Assembly (NCBI GenBank): GCA_036867785.1
Contig: CP145411.1
Location: forward strand, 1,240,001 to 1,304,000
Direction: 5' to 3'
DNA length: 64,000 bases
Origin: Plasmodiophora brassicae
Taxonomy: Eukaryota
Part shown: one piece after another, positions 36,253 to 44,735 of the stretch
Position numbering within the stretch: the first letter of the stretch is position 1
Layout: every line of letters starts with the position of its first letter
Notes under the pieces: generated by a model
The model's database searches: none
Told to the model about the DNA's origin: nothing
What the model saw: only the letters and a program-made list of their open reading frames with translations
Program-made: the position numbers and the translations under genes

Positions 36253-39200
36253 TGTCGAACAACGTATCCACTACGACCAGCAGCACATGCCTGCAGCACG
36301 TGAACGCCGTCACGCACTCCGCGACTCCGTGCCCGCCGGCGTTGGCAACCGTTACACCGTCGGCGACTACGTCGCCACTGTAACGTCCGCCGCACACGCC
36401 GTACGTAATACATCCACTTCATTATTGTCCTTCTCAGATTAACAGTCGTATAGGCGCAGGCGCTGAGCCTCTACTCGCCATGGCCGAGCGCCAGGCGACG
36501 CCTAACACGGATGACGACCCGCTGCGTCATCTGTCGCTCGAGGAGATCGACACCCGAATTGCCGAAGCGGAGGCAACGATCGCCAGGCAGGAGAAGATCG
36601 ACCGTCTCCGTGTCCTGCAGCAGCAGCTGGCGCGTCCGACCAGCTGTCCATCGACCCCGGCCATGCCGATCATCGCCGAGGCGCACAGCCGAAGCGACGC
36701 AGGCCGACTGCCCATGCCCAAGTTCGACGGTACTCCCGACTCGTTCACGTCCTGGGTTCAGACAGCTGCACTCTGGTTTCGCAATCGTGGGTACGCGGAC
36801 GTCATCGGGATCAACGAAGATGGCTCGCCGACTGCGACAACCGGTACGGCACACGACCCAGCTCTCGAGGCAGCCGCGCGCGAGATTCTACTCGTCCACA
36901 TGCTGGACCACAAGATCGCGTCCGCATTGTCTTTGTTTCAGGCAGGCTCGGCTGCCAAGTGCTGGCGCGTGCTGTTCCAGGCGTACAGCCCGTCGTCGCT
37001 GGCATCGGTCGTGCGCGCCGTCCGCGACCTCGTCACGGTCCAGCACATGCCCGGCGAGTCGGTCGCCACGTACGCCGCCCGAGTTCAAGCAGCGGCTCAT
37101 CGCGTCCGGTCGACGGTACCGACCGAGATGCTGTCCCTCACCGACGCATTGGTCGCCGTCCTCATCTTGGCCAACGCATCATCCGATCTCGACGCCGTCG
37201 TCGCTGGCCTGCACAATCGTGCTCTGGACACGCTGCCCAGTGTCTCCGAGGTCGTCGGGTCGTTGACAAGCGAGGAGATCAGGGTCCAAGACGTGCGGGA
37301 CCGACACGACGCGTTCCAAACGGCCAACCGCTCCAGTTGCGCCACATCGACGCGTCCCCGTGGACCACGACGCAACGAGTCCTGCGTCTTCCATCCCGGA
37401 TCCAAGCACACTAACGGCGAATGCACGCTGCAACGACACATCTGGTACCGCGACAGCAACGCGAAAAGCAATACATCCTCACCAACGTCCAACGAGTATC
37501 CAACGTCTGGCGCTCATCCGATCGATCCGGCGCCCGAGCCGATGCGTGCTTTGTCGGCACGCCACGCCATCGACGTGTACGCGAACTCAGTAGGCCTACT
37601 GGACTCAGCGTGTTCCACGACGATGACGCCCCTGCGCCGACATCTCAGCTGCTATCGCCAAGGCACCGGACCGGAAGTTGAGCTAGCCGATCTGTCGCGT
37701 ACGACCACTTCCGGTCGAGGCGTGACGTCATTCGGCATGGATGTCCAGGCGACGAGTATCGATTCGCTGCACGTTCCCCGACTTGGCCAAGCGCTAGTAT
37801 CAGTTGGCCAGCTCACCAGATCAGGTCACAAGATCGTGTTCGACGGCGATACCGCGAAGATCTACTCGGGGGCCAACTGGACGGCGCCCGTCGGTCAGCC
37901 AGTGGCCGTCAGTCAACGAGGACACGATAACCTGTACCGGATTCCATTATCCGCTCCAACCTCCGCGCCCGGCACACTTCACTCTGCCCGAGTCTGCTCC
38001 TTGATCGCATCCAGCGTCTCATGCCGCGTCGCTAAGGTCACCGCCGCAGCTCCAGCTGTCTGGCACGCTCGAACCGGCCACCTGGGTTACGGCAACCTGC
38101 GCATCCTGCACAAACGTTGTCGTGGCATGAAGTTCGACGGGCCAATCCCGAGGCCGCAAGATCGATGTCCATGCGCTGCATGTTTACTCGCCAAGGGCAA
38201 ACGGTCATCATTCCCTCCCAGTACGTCGCGCGCGCGTCGTGTTGGCGATCTCGTCCATAGCGATCTGTCCGGACGGTGGCCTGTCGTCGGTGTCGGCGGC
38301 TTTGAGTACTACCAGACCATGCTGGACGATTCCTCTCGGTACCTGTCCGTCTATCTGCTACGTCGCAAATCGGAGGCGCTCGACGTCATCAAGCACTATG
38401 ACGCGCGTCTTCGCAACCAGGAAGGACGTGGTATCCGGACGTTCCAGACCGACGGTGGCGGCGAGTACAACTCCAAGGCGTGCGTCCTGTTCTACAACGA
38501 GTCCGGCATCCTGCACCGCAAATCTGTCCCGTACACGCCCGAGCAGAACGGCCGCGCTGAAAGCGTCAACCACACGCTCTGCGGTATCGAAAGCTCAATC
38601 CGGTGCCACTCTCGCATGCCTGACTCCACGTGGCCCTGGTCGCTGTCCTACTCTGCGATACTGTACAACATCCACCCGAGATCAGTCCTTCCCGGGCGTC
38701 GCACATCGTTCGAGGCTGCTCGTCGCGCCCTACCTAACATCTCGGCCCTTCGTGTCTACGGTTGCGATGCCTATGCCATGCGACCGCATCCAGCCACGAA
38801 GAAGCCGAGCAAGTTGGAGCCTCGTCGTGTTCGCGCTGTGTTTATCGGTTTCACGCCCGGCATGAAGGCTTGGCGGTTCTACGACGTGGACCGGGAAGAC
38901 ACGTTCGAGAGCACGACTGCCGAGTTCCTGGAGACCTCGTTCACATTCGGCTTTGGAAGATCCAGCCCTGCTAGTTCATCATCAGCGCCACCGTCCAGTC
39001 CCGAGTCGAGCTCTGCGCCGAACGTTGACACGATCGTCCCGACGCCCGTCTCTTCCGACGCCGTCATGGCACCTCTACCATCGACGTCAGCATCCTCTCT
39101 CGCAGCATCCCCTCCCGAGCCTCCGTCACCTGCCGCTGCGTCATCGCCTTCCGAGATCGTCCGACCGTCGCGCTCACCGTCTCCTGATGACGTATCCACC

Positions 39201-41488
39201 GACGAAGATGATGATGACGCTGAAGATGATCCCGACTACGAAGGTTCGGCGTCCAGCAACGACTCTCCCAACGAAGCTGCCGACCCCGACGTCCACGACA
39301 ATTCCGATGCTGCTGATATCGTTGACCACAATGTCATCGACGTGCCACGCCCTCGCCGATCGAATCGTCGTCGTCAACCGCCTGGTGAATGGTGGAAGGC
39401 GCCGGAGGCGGCCAATCGTTCGTCGACACGGTGGTCCTCGACGGTCGACGCCTGGTTCCAGAATCCGACCCTAACGTTCCCGACACAGCGCCCTCCTCGT
39501 CGCTCCCGCCGACTGATCCGGCATTGGCAGCAGGTTGAGGAGCGCCGTCTGATCGATCAGGCCATCAGGTCCAACCGTCCGACATGTCGCGGCGCAGCTG
39601 CCAAGGCATGTCGAGCCAAGGTATCCGCCCCGATCGACCCAGCCCGTCTACCACGACCCGACCTGTCGAAGCTGAAAGCGACCGACATTCCCGTACCCAA
39701 CTCAATGGCCGATGCCCTCTCATCACCTTTCGCTGGCCACTGGTGGGACGCCGCCGTCACCCAGATGGCAACACTGGACGCCAAGGACACGTTCGGCCCG
39801 CTAATCGACCTGCCGAAAAGTAAGATCGCTGTTGGCGCCAAGTGGGTGTTCCGAGTGAAGTCCTCGCTCAGTGGCAACGGTGGCATCCGCAAGTTCACCG
39901 CCCGACTCTGTGCTCAGGGCTTCCGACAACGCCCCGGCATCGACTTCGACGATACGTTCGCGCCGACCGCCCGTGCCACTGCGTTCCTCGTTATCCTAGC
40001 GCTCGCGGCGCAGCACGGCCTGCATCTTCGCCAGGTCGACTGGGTGGCCGCATACCTGAACGCCGACATGCTCCATGATGTTTACATTCGTCAGCCGGAT
40101 GGCTTCACCGATCATCACGTCCCGTACCGAGTTCGTCAACTGCAAAAGGCCCTTTATGGAACGAAACAAGGCGCCGAACGTTGGTACAAGACGCTTCGGG
40201 AGATGCTGTTATCACTCGGATTCGAATCGATCATCGCGGACCCCTGCGTCTTCCGGTACGATCGCGATGGAAAGTTCATGATCATGTCGGTGCACACCGA
40301 CGACGGTCTGCTGGCGTACAATGACGTCCCGTTCGCGGAATCCGTTCTCGAGAAGCTCTCCACGATGGCCGAGATCACCGATCAAGGTGAACCGTCGACC
40401 CTGCTTGGCATGCGCATCCGACGCGAACCTGGCACCGGCGCCATCACCCTTGACCAAGCCGAGTACATCGAGAAGGTGTTGAGCGACTTCAACATGTCGC
40501 ATTGTCATCCGGTCGACACGCCGCACCAGCCTGGCGTTCACCTATCAACGACAATGAGTCCACAAAGCGACCTCGACCGTGACGAAATGGCGACCAAGCC
40601 GTACCTCAAACTTATTGGCTGCCTGACATGGCTCGCCCATCGATGCCGTCCCGACATCGCGTACATAACGAATGTACTGGCCCAATTCTCCTCGAATCCC
40701 GGCATCCAGCATTGGCGTGCGGGGCAACGCGTTCTTAAGTACCTCGCCGGCACCATGACGCACGGCATCCGATACGAACGCCAGCCCGAAGATCGTCTGA
40801 TCGCATACGCCGACGCTGATTGGGCATCCGACCCTGACACGCGACGGTCGCGCTCCGGCCACATCATCCTGCTGGCTGGCGGCCCCGTGCACTGGCAGTC
40901 ACGTCGCCAAGACCTGGGCGCAGTCAAAGTTAGCTTATCGTCCACACATGCAGAGATCAAGTCGCTGTGTGCTGTTACCCGCCAGCTGGCCTGGATCCGG
41001 TCATTCCTGACCGAAATCGGCTTCGCACGCTCCAGTCCGACGATCGTATACGAGGACAATCAAGGCGCGAAGGCCTGGTCTGGCTATCGTCGGATGGATG
41101 ATCGCACGAAGGACATCGAGGTGCAGTTTCACTACACCCGGGAGGCCGTCGAGGCCAGTTTGATCGTGGTCCACAAGTGCCCGTCCGCCGAGATGGCTGC
41201 AGACTACCTCACGAAGCCCGCTCTCAGCACCTCGTATCATGCGAACCTGCTCCTGGCCGGCATCATCGACACAAGTCCCAGGCCGTGTGCTGCTGGAGGG
41301 GGCGTGTCGAACAACGTATCCACTACGACCAGCAGCACATGCCTGCAGCACGTGAACGCCGTCACGCACTCCGCGACTCCGTGCCCGCCGGCGTTGGCAA
41401 CCGTTACACCGTCGGCGACTACGTCGCCACTGTAACGTCCGCCGCACACGCCGTACGTAATACATCCACTTCATTATTGTCCTTCTCA
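36253..41488 (+). mobile_element. Full-length Ty1/copia LTR retrotransposon
   Basis: 184-bp LTRs 36253-36436 and 41305-41488, identical by eye, TG...CA. 5-bp TSD GCTGA. PBS GATTAACAGTCGTA and PPT GGAGGGGGCG. Confidence 0.97.
36480..41435 (+). CDS. Copia gag-pol polyprotein (1651 aa, uninterrupted)
   Basis: Order gag, PR (LLDSACST), IN (WHARTGH..CAAC, HSDL, TDGGGEY, QNGRAE), RT (KWVFRVK, ARLCAQGF, KALYGTKQ, HTDD), RNase H (YADADWA, EDNQ, ADYLTK). Confidence 0.95.
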   Translation: MAERQATPNTDDDPLRHLSLEEIDTRIAEAEATIARQEKIDRLRVLQQQLARPTSCPSTPAMPIIAEAHSRSDAGRLPMPKFDGTPDSFTSWVQTAALWFRNRGYADVIGINEDGSPTATTGTAHDPALEAAAREILLVHMLDHKIASALSLFQAGSAAKCWRVLFQAYSPSSLASVVRAVRDLVTVQHMPGESVATYAARVQAAAHRVRSTVPTEMLSLTDALVAVLILANASSDLDAVVAGLHNRALDTLPSVSEVVGSLTSEEIRVQDVRDRHDAFQTANRSSCATSTRPRGPRRNESCVFHPGSKHTNGECTLQRHIWYRDSNAKSNTSSPTSNEYPTSGAHPIDPAPEPMRALSARHAIDVYANSVGLLDSACSTTMTPLRRHLSCYRQGTGPEVELADLSRTTTSGRGVTSFGMDVQATSIDSLHVPRLGQALVSVGQLTRSGHKIVFDGDTAKIYSGANWTAPVGQPVAVSQRGHDNLYRIPLSAPTSAPGTLHSARVCSLIASSVSCRVAKVTAAAPAVWHARTGHLGYGNLRILHKRCRGMKFDGPIPRPQDRCPCAACLLAKGKRSSFPPSTSRARRVGDLVHSDLSGRWPVVGVGGFEYYQTMLDDSSRYLSVYLLRRKSEALDVIKHYDARLRNQEGRGIRTFQTDGGGEYNSKACVLFYNESGILHRKSVPYTPEQNGRAESVNHTLCGIESSIRCHSRMPDSTWPWSLSYSAILYNIHPRSVLPGRRTSFEAARRALPNISALRVYGCDAYAMRPHPATKKPSKLEPRRVRAVFIGFTPGMKAWRFYDVDREDTFESTTAEFLETSFTFGFGRSSPASSSSAPPSSPESSSAPNVDTIVPTPVSSDAVMAPLPSTSASSLAASPPEPPSPAAASSPSEIVRPSRSPSPDDVSTDEDDDDAEDDPDYEGSASSNDSPNEAADPDVHDNSDAADIVDHNVIDVPRPRRSNRRRQPPGEWWKAPEAANRSSTRWSSTVDAWFQNPTLTFPTQRPPRRSRRLIRHWQQVEERRLIDQAIRSNRPTCRGAAAKACRAKVSAPIDPARLPRPDLSKLKATDIPVPNSMADALSSPFAGHWWDAAVTQMATLDAKDTFGPLIDLPKSKIAVGAKWVFRVKSSLSGNGGIRKFTARLCAQGFRQRPGIDFDDTFAPTARATAFLVILALAAQHGLHLRQVDWVAAYLNADMLHDVYIRQPDGFTDHHVPYRVRQLQKALYGTKQGAERWYKTLREMLLSLGFESIIADPCVFRYDRDGKFMIMSVHTDDGLLAYNDVPFAESVLEKLSTMAEITDQGEPSTLLGMRIRREPGTGAITLDQAEYIEKVLSDFNMSHCHPVDTPHQPGVHLSTTMSPQSDLDRDEMATKPYLKLIGCLTWLAHRCRPDIAYITNVLAQFSSNPGIQHWRAGQRVLKYLAGTMTHGIRYERQPEDRLIAYADADWASDPDTRRSRSGHIILLAGGPVHWQSRRQDLGAVKVSLSSTHAEIKSLCAVTRQLAWIRSFLTEIGFARSSPTIVYEDNQGAKAWSGYRRMDDRTKDIEVQFHYTREAVEASLIVVHKCPSAEMAADYLTKPALSTSYHANLLLAGIIDTSPRPCAAGGGVSNNVSTTTSSTCLQHVNAVTHSATPCPPALATVTPSATTSPL

Positions 41489-42203
41489 GCTGACGGGTGC
41501 GGCACACAAACGGGTCGGAAGCTTGGTTGCGGCGGATACGATCGGAGTGCGTCGGTTGGAGTATCGGTCACGTGGGTCTGGACCTCCTGTAGAGGTCCTG
41601 GCCCGAGCCGCGACGGTGGAAGGAGCAGGAGTGACTGCTGGAGCACAACCTCATCCTGATCAGAAGGCGCGTATTCGGGGCGACGAGTCAGGGCGTCCGC
41701 CTTGCCATGAAGACGGCCTGGTCGGTGTTGGATAACGAAATCAAATTCGTTACGCAGTTGGGACCATCGGACTTGACGACGATTCAGTTTGTGAGTGCTG
41801 GTGAAGTACTCCAGATTCCGATGATCGCTGTGGATGACGGTCTGGTGCCGCGATGAGTCCAGGAACTGACGCCACTTCTCGAAGGTCTGGACGACCGCGA
41901 GAAGTTCCTTGTCGTAGATAGGAAAATTGATCTCAGCAGGCGCGAGCTTGCGCGAGAAGAATGCCAACGGGTGAAGTTCATCATCGGGCCCCCGCTGCGA
42001 CAATACCATTGCCACCGCGAAATCGGAAGCAACCGTTTCCACTTCGCACGGGCGATCTGGGTCGAAATGAGCAAGGACAGGGGCTGACGTGAAAGCAACC
42101 TTGAGCGCCGTGAATGCGGCTTCTACCGATTGGTCCCAACGAAACGGCACGTTATCACTGTCAGGAATTACATACATCCAATCCTCACGCCAGTCGGACT
42201 TCA

Positions 42204-42275
42204 GGCGCCGTAGCTGAGTGGTACAGCAGCGGTACGTTCAACCGTTGGCCCTGGGTTCGATTCCCAGCGGCGCCC
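42204..42275 (+). tRNA. tRNA-like gene in the 5' LTR (GTT at the anticodon position, non-canonical loop)
   Basis: Cloverleaf: acceptor GGCGCCG/CGGCGCC, D arm GCTG-AGTGGTA-CAGC, anticodon arm GCGGT-ACGTTCA-ACCGT, T arm CTGGG-TTCGATT-CCCAG. A box TAGCTGAGTGG, B box GGTTCGATTCC, TTTTT at 42279-42283. Confidence 0.8.
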
Positions 42276-42451
42276 GCGTTTTTCAGATTAACAGTCGTAT
42301 GCGCTATACATAGCCATACAGAAATGCGTGGCGCCAATGGGCCCTCTTCCGTAGTAGATCCCAGGACAGACACCATCGTCACACCTGGCTACGGATTGAG
42401 GGGGCGTGTCAGGAATTACATACATCCAATCCTCACGCCAGTCGGACTTCA

Positions 42452-42523
42452 GGCGCCGTAGCTGAGTGGTACAGCAGCGGTACGTTCAACCGTTGGCCCT
42501 GGGTTCGATTCCCAGCGGCGCCC
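42452..42523 (+). tRNA. Second, identical tRNA-like gene in the 3' LTR
   Basis: Same sequence as 42204-42275, followed by TTTTT at 42527-42531. Confidence 0.8.
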
Positions 42524-42596
42524 GCGTTTTTCAATCACGCGTGAGATTTGTCAGCGGTAAGGCCAGTTCTGCGAAGTGGGGAACGAACTTGCGATA

Positions 42597-44735
42597 CCAC
42601 CACGGGAAGATGAATTTGCATGACGGGGAAGAAATTTTTGCATGGCGGGGACATAATTTTTGCATGACGGGGAACAAATTGAAGGATGGCGGGGAACACA
42701 ACGAATGGATGGCGGGGAAGAAATGCGTGGATGAGTGGCCCAAAATAAATGGATCGGCTCGGGACGGACGAGCGGGCCGCCTAACTGTGTACCTACCGTA
42801 CCGTTGCAGGACGACGTCACCAGAACAATGGCAGGGATACAACCGATAACGGTAAGCGGATACCGTACAGTATCGCCGACGGACCTACCGTACCGTATTC
42901 TGACTTCATATCCCACGGTAGGTAGGAGGGTTGCAATCGTCGCAGACGTCCGCTCGTAGGCGAGTCGGTCGTCCTGCGATGAACCCGGAGCGGATTCCTC
43001 GTTTGGACCCTACAATCGCGTCGGACCCTAGGCTCTGTGAAATCGACTGCGAAAAAGCTCGGCAGCGCGCATACCAGCAATTGCAGCAAATGGAGAGCGC
43101 TGCTGACCATGTTCGGGCTGTTGCTGACAGGGCGATCGACCGCATCCATCAAGTCGCCGACCGAAAACGACGCTTCGCTGACGAATTGGTCGAGTGGCAG
43201 GCCCGACTGTCGGCCGACGAAGTCGCTGTCGAATCTGTTCCAGAGCGATTTCGTAAGGCTCTTCTCCCGCGGAAGCCACACATCGACGAAGACGAAGATC
43301 GTATTATGCATGCTCTTGACGGCAAGCGATCGCAGGTGGAGATCGCACGCGAGGTCGGCTGTGCTCAGTCAACGGTCTCCCGTCATTTGAACGGGGTATC
43401 GCAAGCCCGCGACGGTGCTGCTCGAGGCCGACCGCGGAAGCTGTCGGATGAGATGTTGAATGCTGCAGCGCGATTCATGTTTCTGCTCCCTGGTGCGACA
43501 CTGACACTTGCAGCCGCGTTTCTCCAGTTGTCCTACCATGTCGTCGTGTCCCGGAAGACTCTTGGTATACACTTGCGGCGTAGGGCAGGGTTCCGCCTTG
43601 GTGACTTCAAAACCTTCCACGTACAACGCAATGCGCCAGAAACAATCGACAATCGGTTCAGATACATTGCCCGTCTGGAGTCGGAAGAATATCGCCGGAA
43701 GTTCGGCCCGAACCCGCTCTATGACGCGATCTACTACGATGAGATGCCACTGGCTCGGATTGCCAACCGAAAAATCTGGTCCGTTCGCGGTTGGATTCCG
43801 TCTCTGGTTGAAGAATCGGTCAGAGGACGCCACGTTTCGCTTCTGCTTGCTGTGAGCCCAGCAGTTGGGGTTGTATGGTACGAAGTTCTCGATAAGACAA
43901 TTGATGGTGACGCGTTCCTCGCTTTTTGCAACAACTTGGTCAAATCGTATGTGAATACTTCCAGGAATGGTCGCCCACGGCTGTTCATTTTGGATAATGC
44001 TCGATTTCACCATGCTCGCTCGGTGGAGGCCTTTTTCGGACGCGACGAGGTCGCTCGCCACCTTGTCCTTGAGTTCCTTCCGCCATATTCGCCCTTTCTC
44101 GATCCCTGTGAAGAACTGTTCGCGCTTATTAAGATCCGTATATGGCTCAATTGGATTGCCGGTTCCTCGGACGAGCGGTCAATTGCAAGCAGCAAGCAAG
44201 CACTAGTAGAAGAAGTTCGGCAAATAACAACAGACGATATCCGTCAGACGTACGACCACATGAGGGAATTCCTATCGTATTGCAAGGACCGGCGACCTGT
44301 CTTCACCCAAAAGTTGTACGAGTGTGCACACCATGGAGACGAGGAGCGGATGTGTCCGACGGGATCTTTGGAAGTGGATGATTTACTGAACAGTTACCTG
44401 CCCCAGTTTTATGAGGAGTTTACACCGAGCCGTTGTCAGCATCTTCGTGATATGTTTGGTTGTTCACGACTGACTAAAGACATCGTCGAGCGGTTCTACG
44501 ACGCACAGGTGCGTTCTCCGGGAGGCGGCGGCGCCCATGGCACTGTTCGCTGAGCCGCCGCCACGCGCACGCACCTAACGCTCCAGCAATCGGTTCCAGA
44601 GAGACAAAATACATGCATCACGATCCATTATTTTTGTGCTCGTCATCCTTCAATTTGTTCCCCGTCATGCAAAAATTATGTCCCCGCCATGCAAAAATTT
44701 CGTCCCCGTCATGCAAATTCATCTTCCCGTGGTGG
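42597..44735 (+). mobile_element. Tc1/IS630-like DNA transposon
   Basis: TIRs of about 90 bp starting CCACCACGGGAAGATGAATTTGCATGACGGGG with TA TSD. Removing the element restores the gypsy ANFYRKF motif. Confidence 0.93.
42931..44553 (+). CDS. Tc1/IS630 transposase (DD38E spacing); probable ATG at 42979
   Basis: HTH SQVEIAREVGCAQSTVSR, GRPRKL, YYDE, ILDNARFH, FLPPYSPFLDPCEELF. Confidence 0.9.
   Translation: MQSSQTSARRRVGRPAMNPERIPRLDPTIASDPRLCEIDCEKARQRAYQQLQQMESAADHVRAVADRAIDRIHQVADRKRRFADELVEWQARLSADEVAVESVPERFRKALLPRKPHIDEDEDRIMHALDGKRSQVEIAREVGCAQSTVSRHLNGVSQARDGAARGRPRKLSDEMLNAAARFMFLLPGATLTLAAAFLQLSYHVVVSRKTLGIHLRRRAGFRLGDFKTFHVQRNAPETIDNRFRYIARLESEEYRRKFGPNPLYDAIYYDEMPLARIANRKIWSVRGWIPSLVEESVRGRHVSLLLAVSPAVGVVWYEVLDKTIDGDAFLAFCNNLVKSYVNTSRNGRPRLFILDNARFHHARSVEAFFGRDEVARHLVLEFLPPYSPFLDPCEELFALIKIRIWLNWIAGSSDERSIASSKQALVEEVRQITTDDIRQTYDHMREFLSYCKDRRPVFTQKLYECAHHGDEERMCPTGSLEVDDLLNSYLPQFYEEFTPSRCQHLRDMFGCSRLTKDIVERFYDAQVRSPGGGGAHGTVR

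Larger units (their letters stand above)
42159..42533 (+). mobile_element. TRIM (375 bp) with tRNA-containing LTRs
   Basis: 127-bp direct repeats 42159-42285 and 42407-42533 (TG...CA), PBS 42286-42299, PPT GAGGGGGCG ending at 42406, 5-bp TSD ATCAC. Inserted in the gypsy pol. Confidence 0.93.

Noticed and set aside
42234-42242. Reading the anticodon as TCA (Sec/opal suppressor) or TTC (Glu)
   Set aside because: The only good stem (GCGGT/ACCGT) centres GTT in a 7-nt loop, and there is no long variable arm as in tRNA-Sec.
42204-42299. The LTR tRNA acting as the element's own primer
   Set aside because: Its anticodon arm (GCGGTACGTTCAACCGT) and 3' end are not complementary to the PBS GATTAACAGTCGTA.
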